From Octopus sinensis (lineage: Eukaryota): a stretch of DNA of 64,000 nucleotides. The stretch lies in contig NW_021833441.1 of the NCBI RefSeq assembly GCF_006345805.1, positions 1 through 64,000 of the forward strand. Reading direction: 5' to 3'. Positions 26,241 through 37,026 of this stretch are shown one piece after another; within the stretch, counting starts at the first letter, position 1; the number at the start of each line of letters is the position of its first letter. A program made the position numbers and the translations under genes. The notes below the pieces were generated by a model, which made no database searches, had not been told where the DNA came from, and saw only the letters and a program-made list of their open reading frames with translations.

Positions 26241-27410
26241 TCATTTTATTTTTAAAGACTTTTTCACATCTTGTTTTATGGGGAGGGGCTTGGCAAACTG
26301 TTTCTCAATGAAAACAGTGCCATGGGGGTAGGGCTGGGGGATTTGCTTGGTGTGTGTGTCTGCTGTGCTTGCTGTTTTTTTCTTTGTTTGGGGAGGGGAG
26401 TCCGGGGTGTTGTCTTTTTTTCTTTTATGTGTGACTTGAGTGTAGTCCATTTGTTCGGTACAATCCGTTTCTGTTTCAATACTTGTCTTCGTCTTGTTAT
26501 TATCCTTTTCTGTCTTCTCCCCTTCAGTGTTGGGAACACTTTGAGGAGGAGCTTCATTTGTTTTCTTCTTTTTTATGCAGTTCGAGCGGACGTGACCCTT
26601 CTCTCCACACTTAAAACATCTGGGTCTACGTCCCTCTACAGATACTCTCATTGATGTTCCGTCTTCGTTGAATATCCTATCGGGCAGGTATTCTAAAATT
26701 TTGTTTTCCGCCTGCACGAGGAGTTCCAGCGTCTGTCCCTTCCAGCGTACCTCCTCTTTCTTTCTCATCTGCAGAATCGAGATTTCCCGCTCAATATTGT
26801 GCAGGACCGCCGCTGCTACCCACATAATATCGTACCCTCTGGATATGTCCTCAACCAGCAGTTTCGCTGTTCGTTTTCCCATGTACGAGGGTAGCAGCAT
26901 GATGTCGTCGTTTTTCAGGGTCAATGACGACACCTCTCTAGCTACCTCGGCTGTGTCAAAATGTGCCTCAACAGTAGCGCTTCGAGCACCTCGAACGATA
27001 TGGCGAATTTTGTCCCACACCGGGGACAGGCACTTTTCGACCATTTCATTCCTGACGTCCATTATTTTCTTGTCTTTATAGCTGTATACTTTATATATGA
27101 CTGTCTTCTCCTTTATTTCTTGTACCTTTGCCTGCGGCGGTACAAGCCTGATTTCGTCTCCTTCCACCTTCACCAGGTTCCTGAATTCGAACAATTGTTC
27201 GATCTTGAACTCAACGTCCATCATGGCACCACCCACCGCGGCCGAAAAAGACTGTTTAGGTACTTCTGTTTCCTTTGTTTCACTTGTTCCCATCACGGGA
27301 AAATCCTCCTTCGACGTCAAGTCGAAATCCATTACCTCGAAGGTAATAACAATAGAGAATTTTGTGCCCCGTAGGGCGAAAATTACCGTTATACAACGGG
27401 CACTGTTCAA
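26241..27410 (-). CDS. Copy B ORF1, gag-like nucleic-acid-binding protein with one zinc knuckle
   Basis: CFKCGEKGHVRSNC is a CX2CX4HX4C knuckle upstream of ORF2. The likely start is MDFDLTSK. Confidence 0.85.
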   Translation of the reverse strand: MNSARCITVIFALRGTKFSIVITFEVMDFDLTSKEDFPVMGTSETKETEVPKQSFSAAVGGAMMDVEFKIEQLFEFRNLVKVEGDEIRLVPPQAKVQEIKEKTVIYKVYSYKDKKIMDVRNEMVEKCLSPVWDKIRHIVRGARSATVEAHFDTAEVAREVSSLTLKNDDIMLLPSYMGKRTAKLLVEDISRGYDIMWVAAAVLHNIEREISILQMRKKEEVRWKGQTLELLVQAENKILEYLPDRIFNEDGTSMRVSVEGRRPRCFKCGEKGHVRSNCIKKKKTNEAPPQSVPNTEGEKTEKDNNKTKTSIETETDCTEQMDYTQVTHKRKKDNTPDSPPQTKKKTASTADTHTKQIPQPYPHGTVFIEKQFAKPLPIKQDVKKSLKIK

Positions 27411-27529
27411 TAAAAATCAACACAAACAACAATAAGCAAAAATACGAACTCTCTCAAATAAAGGCAGCTAATTCCTCAGAACGCAGATGAAAAGTAACTA
27501 GAGAATAGAAAAGAGGGTTTTCAATAGTG

Positions 27530-30500
27530 ATTTCTTTATTATGATTATATAATCTTACACATAGAATTACAATTACAAAACAAACATGTAAAACAAATAG
27601 TTAAGAGGTTCGCTTTAAAAAATTTTTTTTTTTTTATAACATTTATATTAAAAATTCGTCTCTAAATTGTCCTTTGTATAACCAGTCGCATCTTATCACA
27701 GTTCAAACCCCGGCAATTTACAAGCCCCGCAGCTTTTATTTCCTCTCCTCCCTCCATAGTTAAGCTGGGTTTCTAACACCCACCTTTCTTTCCACTTCCT
27801 TCCATCTTTTCTCATACACTCCCCGTGGTCAGCTCCTCTTCTCCAGCCCCATTTTGCTCTTCAGATAATATCTGAAGTAAGTGAGCAAGCCGGGGCCGGA
27901 GACAAAGTTTCCTATCGCGACTCCTTCCATTCTTGTTCTCCACATGCATTCTTCTACTACTGCAACCGTACAGTGAAAACATGCCTCACCTTCCTTCGAG
28001 AGTCCAGTTGGCGGTATCATCTTAATCATAGACTCAGCCGACAGCTGTACTCGTCCTAGATGCGATAACACGTGTTCTGCGTAACTTATCAAGTCTGACA
28101 ACTTCCGACAGTGTACAAAGGAGTGCTGGACGGTTTCGTCGTCCAACTCGCACCTTGGACACGTCGGTGGCACTGGAATTCCGTGCCGCGATAACTTCTC
28201 GCGAACAGGTAGAGCGTTCCTATAGCACTGCCAGGCCAGGGATCTTTGGAAATTATCCAAGTACGCCGTCCTGAAAGTCTTTTTAAACAGGTTGGTAAGC
28301 TGGTCTTCGTCAAACCCCAGAGCCTCTCCTAGGACGTCGTCGTTTTTTGCCTCTACCAGCCTTCTATAAAATACCGAGGTGGTATTTCCGCAGCCGGCCT
28401 TGCCCGCCTTGTGGATCAGCGTGAGTGCCTGTCGGCACTCCCTTTGCCACAAAGTCAGTTTCCATCTTTTGATGCGACCGGGTTTAAAATCCGCTAAAGA
28501 GGCCAGTCTCGGGAAAAATTTCCCTGCCAGCGGACTCCACAACTTATCACCCTCCAGGTGGTGCCAGAGATGCTTCAGCCTCAACGCATGTCTGCGCATC
28601 ATCAGCCAAGGCATTCCTAACCCACCCTTTAACGGTTCCTGGCAGCAAACGGAGCGCCTCACAAGTGGCTTTCCTCCCTTCCACAAAAAGCGGAAAAGGA
28701 TTCGCTCCAACTTGTTAAGCCATGAAGCGCGGGTCGACAGTGTTGGCTCAACCAATAGGAAGGGGAACCCTAGCCTCAAGGGTCTACTAGAGAGCTTTTG
28801 ATCTAGTGGACCGTTACGACTGGATGAGCCGAGCGTTCCACATGGACGTGGAGTAACAAACGACGGCTGACGCAGATCGTATTTAGATAGGATATTTATT
28901 AAGAAAAGAGTTAAGGACACGTTTAGTACCCGGGTCCCTGTCTATGACAGTTGTCCAACTGCATCCCACACGTCACAAATTTGTGATCCGTGTAAGGCAC
29001 AATGTGGAACTGTGGACAACTAAACGTGTCCTTAACTCTTTTCTTAATAAATATCCTATCTAAATACGATCTGCGTGAGCCGTCGTTGTTACTCCACGTC
29101 CACTGTGGAACGCTCGGCTCATCCAGTCGGTAACGGTCCACTAGATCAAAGCTCTCTAGTAGACCCTTGAGGCTAGGGTTCCCCTTCCTATTGGTTGAGC
29201 CAACACTGTCGACCCGCGCTTCAAGGACAGTGTTAAAGTCCCCTACTAGGATTACCGTTTTCGACGTCGCTAAAAAGGGCTCCAGGTTCCGAAAAAAACC
29301 CGCCTGTCTACTCTCGTTCGGAGCATAGACAGCTACCAACCTGAAGGACTGTTTACTTACGTGTGTCACATCCAGAACAACCAGCCTGCCTTCTGGGTCC
29401 AGAAAGACAGTACTTACCTGCAAGTCCAAGCTCTTCCTGATAAGGACTGCCACGCCTCTGCCTCTCCCTCGACTAGGAGAAATAAATTTCTCGAAGCCAT
29501 TTAGAAGAGGCGAGAACGCTTGGGTCCCGTTCATCTTGGACTCGGTTGCAATAGCTATGTCTACACCATGTGTCGTGAGGTCGTGCAGGAAGCAAATTTG
29601 CTTCCATTTCGACCCCATTCCACGTACATTTATACAACCCAGCTTAGCCATTGTAGGTGAGAGAGAAAAATAAATGTACTCACGGTTGTGAAAGGGAGCA
29701 TGACAGTTTAAATCTGCCTGCTTCCCCTTCTTCCTCCCTTATAGTCGCTGCTGCAGGGCTCTTGACCGGCGTTGCCACCGGGCTCTGGGTGGGTGTGGTT
29801 GCCGGGGTTATTACAAGTTTACCCTCCATTACTTCTTTAGTCAGGTCTCTGATCAATCGGTTCTTTAGATGCTCTTGAAGAACTTCTTCCTTCCACTCGT
29901 CTTCCTTTATTTTAGCGAAGCGAGTGGTTGCTTTTGTATCTGTAGCCTTACTATATAACATAAAATTTGATAATTTATAATATTTATAAACTCTTTCAGT
30001 TTTCTCATCGAAAGCAATGATCTTCTCATTTTTTTTAACGACTTTTTTACGTCTTGTTTTATGGGGAGGGGCTTGGCAAACTGTTTCCCAATGAAAACAG
30101 TGCCATGGGGGTAGGGCTGGGGGATTTGCTTGGTGTGTGTGTCTGCTGTGCTTGCTGTTTTTTTCTTTGTTTGGGGAGGGGAGTCCGGGGTGTTGTCTTT
30201 TTTTCTTTTATGAGTGACTTGGGTGTAGTCCATTTGTTCGGTACAGTCCGTTTTTGTTTCAATACTTGTCTTCGTCTTGTTATTATCCTTTTCTGTCTTC
30301 TCCCCCTCAGTGTTGGGAACACTTTGAGGAGGCGCTTCATCTGTTTTCTTCTTTTTTATGTAGTTCGATCGGTCGTGACCCTTCTCTCCACACTTAAAAC
30401 ATCTGGGTCTACGTCCCTCTACTGATACTCTCATTGATGTTCCGTCTTCATTGAATATCCTATCGGGCAGGTTTTCTAAAATTTTGTTTTCCGCCTGCAC

Positions 30501-31307
30501 GAGGAGTTCCAGGGTCTGTCCCTTCCATCGTACCACCTCTTTCTTTCTCATCTGCAGAATCGAGATCTCCCGCTCAATATTGTGCAGGACCGCTGCTGCT
30601 ACCCACATAATATCGTACCCTCTGGGTATGTCCTCAACCAGCAGTTTTGCTGTACGTTTTCCCATGTACGAGGGGGTAGCAGCATGATGTCGTCGTTTTT
30701 CAGGGTCAATGACGACACCTCTCTCGCTACCTCAGCTGTGTCAAAATGTGCCTCAACCGTAGCACTACGCGCACCTCGGACGAGATGACGAATTTTGTCC
30801 CACACCGGGGACAGGCACTTTTCGACCATTTCATTTCTTACGTCCATTATTTTCTTCTCTTTGAAGCTGTATACTTTATAAATGACTGTTTTCTCCTTAA
30901 TCTCTTGTACCTTTGCCTGCGGCGGTACAAGCCTGATTTCGCCTCCTTCCACCTTCACCAGGTTCCTGAATTCGGACAGTTGTTCGATTTTGAACTCCAC
31001 ATCCATCATGGCACCGCCCACCGCGGCCGAAAATGACTGTTTTGGTACTTCTGTTTCCTTTGTTTCACTTTTTCCCATCACGGGAAAATCCTCCTTCGAC
31101 GTCAAGTCGAATTCCCTTTCAAAAATTACCTCGAAGGTAATAACAATACAGGTAATACAATACAAAAGTTTCTGCCCCGTAGGGCGAAAATTACCGTTAT
31201 ACAACGGGCACTGTTCAAATAACAATCAACACAAACAACAATAGCACAAATACGAACTCTCTTAAATAAAGGCAGCTAATTCCTCAGAACGCAGATGAAA
31301 AGTAACT
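27530..31307 (-). mobile_element. Tx1-like copy C, rearranged: 3' part 27530-28724, inverted EN piece 28725-28927, 5' part 28928-31307
   Basis: The RT core is absent. ORF1 is frameshifted at ~30672 (GGGGG versus GGG). The plus-oriented EN segment ARVDSVG..KDTFS is embedded in a minus-oriented copy. Confidence 0.85.
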
Positions 31308-32173
31308 CCGTAGAATTCGTCGTAGCATGTCCGAATGTTTATCTTTATATATCTATGAAAATGTCGGGCTCATCCGCAATGTATTTCGGTAACAAATTGT
31401 CTATTCGGAATAAAAATTCAGTATTGAACTATTCCGGTGGAAAATATAAATTAACAATTGAGGATAAAATCTTTAAAAGAAATTATCAGTAGTCAGCGTG
31501 AAAAACCTCGTAAGAGAAAAAATCCGTAAATTCCTCCTCTTTGAAAATATTCATTTTTATTACATTGAGGGTACTACTATTCGGAGATACCAACACGCTA
31601 AGAGGGACCAATGCGGTCAAAACTACTAAATATAAACAAAATTTTACCGAATGCAAAACTTCAAAACACATCATTTTAAAAAAGAATTCAGTTACATACC
31701 ACATGTGATTTCGCATTTAAATGCAGAATATGCATTTCTATGTTCATCAGTGCAACAAACTCAAGAAATACTGACTACTGATAATTTCTTTTAAAGATTT
31801 TATCCTCAATTGTTAATTTATATTTTATATTTATATTTTATCCTCAATTGTTAATTTATATTTTCCACCGGAATAGTTCAATACTGAATTTTTATTCCGA
31901 ATAGACAATTTGTTACCGAAATGCATTGCGGATGAGCCCGACATTTTCATAGATATATAAAGATAAACATTCGGACATGCTACGACGAATTCTACGGAGT
32001 TACTTTTCATCTGCGTTCTGAGGAATTAGCTGCCTTTATTTGAGAGAGTTCGTATTTTTGCTTATTGTTGTTTGTGTTGATTGTTATTGAACAGTGCCCG
32101 TTGTATAACGGTAATTTTCGCCCTACGGGGCAGAAAATTTTGTATTGTTATTACCTTCGAGGTAATTTTTGAA

Positions 32174-33382
32174 ATGGAATTCGACTTGACGTCGAAGGAG
32201 GATTTTCCCGTGATGGGAAAAAGTGAAACAAAGGAAACAGAAGTACCAAAACAGTCATTTTCGGCCGCGGTGGGCGGTGCCATGATGGATGTGGAGTTCA
32301 AAATCGAACAACTGTTCGAATTCAGGAACCTGGTAAAGGTGGAAGGAGGCGAAATCAGGCTTGTACCGCCGCAGGCAAAGGTACAAGAGATTAAGGAGAA
32401 AACAGTCATTTATAAAGTATACAGCTTCAAAGAGAAGAAAATAATGGACGTAAGAAATGAAATGGTCGAAAAGTGCCTGTCCCCGGTGTGGGACAAAATT
32501 CGTCATCTCGTCCGAGGTGCGCGTAGTGCTACGGTTGAGGCACATTTTGACACAGCTGAGGTAGCGAGAGAGGTGTCGTCATTGACCCTGAAAAACGACG
32601 ACATCATGCTGCTACCCTCGTACATGGGAAAACGTACAGCAAAACTGCTGGTTGAGGACATACCCAGAGGGTACGACATTATGTGGGTAGCAGCAGCGGT
32701 CCTGCACAATATTGAGCGGGAGATCTCGATTCTGCAGATGAGAAAGAAAGAGGTGGTACGATGGAAGGGACAGACCCTGGAACTCCTCGTGCAGGCGGAA
32801 AACAAAATTTTAGAAAACCTGCCCGATAGGATATTCAATGAAGACGGAACATCAATGAGAGTATCAGTAGAGGGACGTAGACCCAGATGTTTTAAGTGTG
32901 GAGAGAAGGGTCACGTCCGCTCGAACTGCATAAAAAAGAAGAAAACAGATGAAGCGCCTCCTCAAAGTGTTCCCAACACTGAGGGGGAAAAGACAGAGAA
33001 GGATAGTAACAAGACGAAGACAAGTATTGAAACAAAAACGGACTGTACCGAACAAATGGACTACACTCAAGTCACACATAAAAGAAAAAAAGACAACACC
33101 CCGGACTCCCCTCCCCAAACAAAGAAAAAAACAGCAAGCACAGCAGACACACACACCAAGCAAATCCCCCAGCCCTACCCCCATGGCACTGTTTTCATTG
33201 GGAAACGGTTTGCCAAGCACCTCCCCATAAAACAAGACGTAAAAAAGTCGTTAAAAAAAATGAGAAGATCATTGCTTTCGATGAGAAAAATGAAAGAGTT
33301 TATAAATATTATAAATTATCAAAATTTATGTTATATAGTAAGGCTACAGATACAAAAGCAACCACTCGCTTCGCGAAAATAA
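32174..33382 (+). CDS. Copy D ORF1 (zinc knuckle)
   Basis: Likely start MEFDLTSK at 32174; contains CFKCGEKGHVRSNC. Confidence 0.85.
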   Translation: MEFDLTSKEDFPVMGKSETKETEVPKQSFSAAVGGAMMDVEFKIEQLFEFRNLVKVEGGEIRLVPPQAKVQEIKEKTVIYKVYSFKEKKIMDVRNEMVEKCLSPVWDKIRHLVRGARSATVEAHFDTAEVAREVSSLTLKNDDIMLLPSYMGKRTAKLLVEDIPRGYDIMWVAAAVLHNIEREISILQMRKKEVVRWKGQTLELLVQAENKILENLPDRIFNEDGTSMRVSVEGRRPRCFKCGEKGHVRSNCIKKKKTDEAPPQSVPNTEGEKTEKDSNKTKTSIETKTDCTEQMDYTQVTHKRKKDNTPDSPPQTKKKTASTADTHTKQIPQPYPHGTVFIGKRFAKHLPIKQDVKKSLKKMRRSLLSMRKMKEFINIINYQNLCYIVRLQIQKQPLASRK

Positions 33383-33609
33383 AGGAAGACGAGTGGAAGG
33401 AAGAAGTTCTTCAAGAGCATCTAAAGAACCGACTGATCAGAGACGTGACTAAAGAAGTAATGGAGGGCAAACTTGTAATAACCCCGGCAACCACACCCAC
33501 CCAGAGCCCGGTGGCAACGCCGGTCAAGAGCCCTGCAGCAGCGACTACAAGGGAGGAAGAAGGGGAAGCAGGCAGATTTAAACTGTCATGCTCCCTTTCC
33601 CAACCGTGA
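33082..33609 (+). CDS. Conserved middle reading frame between ORF1 and ORF2 (first ATG at 33328), function unknown
   Basis: Open for 175 codons in the -1 frame of ORF1. Its 3' ~110 codons are open in all four copies, and the differences between copies are mostly synonymous. Confidence 0.6.
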   Translation, partial: KKKRQHPGLPSPNKEKNSKHSRHTHQANPPALPPWHCFHWETVCQAPPHKTRRKKVVKKNEKIIAFDEKNERVYKYYKLSKFMLYSKATDTKATTRFAKIKEDEWKEEVLQEHLKNRLIRDVTKEVMEGKLVITPATTPTQSPVATPVKSPAAATTREEEGEAGRFKLSCSLSQP

Positions 33610-33637
33610 GTACATTTATTTTTCTCTCTCACCTACA

Positions 33638-36600
33638 ATGGCTAAGTTGGGTTGTATAAATGTACGTGGAATGGGGTCGAAATGGAAGCAAATTTGCTTC
33701 CTGCACGACCTCACGACACATGGTGTTAATATAGCTATTGCAACCGAGTCCAAGATGAACGGGGCCCAAGCGTTCTCGCCTCTTCTAAATGGCTTCGAGA
33801 AATTTATTTCTCCTAGCCGAGGGAGAGGCAGAGGCGTGGCAGTCCTTATCAGGAAGAGCTTGGACTTGCAGGTAAGTACTGTCTTTCTGGACCCAGAAGG
33901 CAGGCTGGTTGTTCTGGATGTGACACACGTAAGTAAACAGTCCTTCAGGTTGGTAGCTGTCTATGCTCCGAACGAGAGTAGACAGGCAGGTTTTTTTCGG
34001 AACCTGGAGCCCTTTTTAGCGACGTCGAAAACGGTAATCCTAGTAGGGGACTTTAACACTGTCCTTGAAGCGCGGGCCGACAGTGTTGGCTCAACCAATA
34101 GGAAGGGGAACCCTAGCCTCAAGGGTCTACTAGAGAGCTTTGATCTAGTAGACCGTTACCGACTGGATGAGCCGAGCGTTCCACAGTGGACGTGGAGTAA
34201 CAGCGACGGCTCACGCAGATCGTATTTAGATAGGATATTTATTAAGAAAAGAGATAAGGACACGTTTAGTTGTCCACAGTTCCATATTGTGCCTTACTCG
34301 GATCACAAATTTGTGACGTGTGAGATGCAATTGGACAAGTGTCATAGACAAGGACCCGGGTACTGGAAGCTGAACAAGGCTATTTTGAATTGTGAAGACT
34401 TCCGTACCCGGATTAAGGTATTAGTACAGAGGGCATTGTGTGGCACCATCATTAACAATAGATGGTGGCACTCCCTCAAAAGAGCCATTCGTTCAGAGTC
34501 CGTTAGATTTAGCAATCAGCTAAGGATAGATAGGGCTAGTCTAGAGGGCGATTTAGTTAAGAATCTAGACGAGGCAATGGAAGCTGGCTCTGCATCCGGA
34601 GTGTTGGCGGCAAGGACGGTATTGTACCGTCACCTTAACTCCAAACACGATGGTTGCAGAGTCAGAGCTAAGCTACGCCCTGGGAAACGAGAAGGTATTA
34701 ACGTGGCCGGATGGGCCCGTCGTGTGGAGAGTCAGAGAGGCAACAAAGCCTCAATCAAATCTTTAACTGACGAACAGGGACAAAAGATCTATGGACAGGA
34801 GGAGATGCAAAAGTTTCTTCACCAGCATTTCGCCCGCGTGTTCGGGGGTGGTGTGGCGCCGGAGCGGGGGAGGACCTTAAAGACTTCCTGGCCGGCGGAC
34901 CGCGGCTCTCGGGGCGTGAGGCGGAGTGCTGTGAAGGAGCGATCACTCCCGCGGAGATAGAGGCGATACTGGCCGGATGCGCCGGGGAGAAGTCGCCGGG
35001 GTTGGATGCTCTGCCCTACGAGTTTTACCAAAGTATGCCGGACTTGTTCGGGGGAATACTGGCAGGCGTCTACACGAACTGGCAGCAGAATGGGAGAATT
35101 CCCAGCTCTGTAAGCCGGGGAGTGGTGACGCTAATCCAGAAAGACCCGAGCAAGGGGGATAACATTAGTAACTACAGGCCCATAACTCTACTTAATGTAG
35201 AGTTAAAGATTTTGGCCAAGGTGTTAGCAAAAAGGTTGACGGTTGTCGTGGAGAAACTTGTAGGGAGAGCACAGACATGTGCAATTCCAGGCAGGTCGAT
35301 CCAGGACAATCTTCACCTTATACGCTACACCTTAGACAGGGTGGGTAAATTAACCGGCAAGGGAGGGGTAATGGTCCATTTAGACCAAAGTAAAGCCTTC
35401 GATAGGGTAGACCATGATTACCTGGCGACGGTCCTCGAAGCGGCTGGACTGGGCCCTGAATTTCGCGGGTGGATCTCCGCTATGTATAGCGGCATCAAGT
35501 CCACCGTCCAGATAAACGGTTACCTAACGGAACCGTTTTCGATTGAATGTTCAGTTCGTCAAGGGTGCCCCTTGTCACCACTTTTGTACGTGTTGGCTCT
35601 TGAGCCATTGCTGCGAAAGTTGGAGAGGCTGGGAAGCAACTCGGATGAGATCGGAGGTGGGAGGTCGGTTACTGCTTACGCGGATGACGTCACCCTCATC
35701 GTGTCCAATGAGGCCCGGCTACCTTGTGTGGAAGAGGCTATCAGAGGATACGAGGCGGTGGCAGGAGCAAAGGTTAACAAGGACAAGTCGGTTGGCTTGC
35801 GCCTCGGCACCTGGAGGAGCAAGTCGATATCGTCCAGCGTCGTGGGACACTGGACGGATGGCCCTGTTAAGTTGCTAGGAGTCTGGTTTGGGCCAGACTC
35901 CCAAACGGAGAGGAACTGGAGTGAGGTGACGAGCAAGGTGGAGGCCATAGTACGGACCTGGTCCGGAAGGTCTCTGTCCTTGAAAGGAAGGGCGGAGGTG
36001 GTGCAGATGTTCATTGCATCTGTAATCACTTACCGCCTGACCGTTGTCCCTTGCCCCGGTTCATGGCTTAACAAGTTGGAGCGAATCCTTTTCCGCTTTT
36101 TGTGGAAGGGAGGAAAGCCACTTGTGAGGCGCTCCGTTTGCTGCCAGGAACCGTTAAAGGGTGGGTTAGGAATGCCTTGGCTGATGATGCGCAGACATGC
36201 GTTGAGGCTGAAGCATCTCTGGCACCACCTGGAGGGTGATAAGGTGTGGAGTCCGCTGGCAGGGAAATTTTTCCCGAGACCGGCCTCCTTAACGGATTTT
36301 AAACCCGGTCGCATCAAAAGACGGAAACTGACTTTGTGGCAAAGGGAGTGCCGACAAGCACTCACGCTGATCTACAAGGCGGGCAAGGCCGGCTGCGGAA
36401 ATACCACCTCGGTATTTTATAGAAGGCTGGTAGAGGCAAAAAACGACGACGTCCTAGGAGGGGCTCTGGGGTTTGACGAAGACCAGCTTACCAACCTGTT
36501 TAAAAAGACTTTCAGGACGGGGTACTTGGATAATTTCCAAAGATCCCTGGCCTGGCAGTGCTATAGGAACGCTCTACCTGTTCGCGAGAAGTTATCGCGG

Positions 36601-37026
36601 CACGGAATTCCAGTGCCACCGACGTGTCCAAGGTAAGAGTTGGACGATGAAACCGTCCAGCACTCCTTTGTACACTGTCGGAAGTTGTCAGACTTGATAA
36701 GTTACGCAGAACACGTGTTATCGCATCTAGGACGAGTACAGCTGTCGGCTGAGTCTATGATTAAGATGATACCGCCAACTGGACTCTCGAAGGAAGGTGA
36801 GGCATGTTTTCACTGTACGGTTGCAGTAGTAAAAGAATGCATGTGGAGAACAAGAATGGAAGGAGTCGCGATAGGAACCTTTGTCTCGGGCCCCGGCTTG
36901 CTCACTTACTTCAGATATCATCTGAAGAGCAAAATGGGGCTGGAGAAGAGGAGCTTACCACGGGGTGTGTATGAGAAAAGATGGAAGGAAGTGGAAAGAA
37001 AGGTGGGTGTTAGAAACCCAGCTTAA
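33638..37026 (+). pseudogene. Copy D ORF2 (EN-RT-CCHC), disrupted
   Basis: Frameshift(s) around 34850-35000 and an in-frame TAA at 36634-36636 (CPR*ELDD where copy B has CPRCELDD). Confidence 0.9.

Larger units (their letters stand above)
22230..27517 (-). mobile_element. Tx1-like LINE copy B, full length
   Basis: Has 5' UTR, ORF1, middle frame, ORF2 and 3' UTR. High similarity to copies A, C and D. Confidence 0.92.

Noticed and set aside
19670-36921. Recurrent antisense or alternate-frame ORFs within the Tx1 copies (MISEVSEQ.., MTKTSLPT.., MITDAMNI.., MKLLLKVF..)
   Set aside because: They recur only because the element is repeated. They are shadows of ORF1/ORF2 and I saw no independent synonymous bias.
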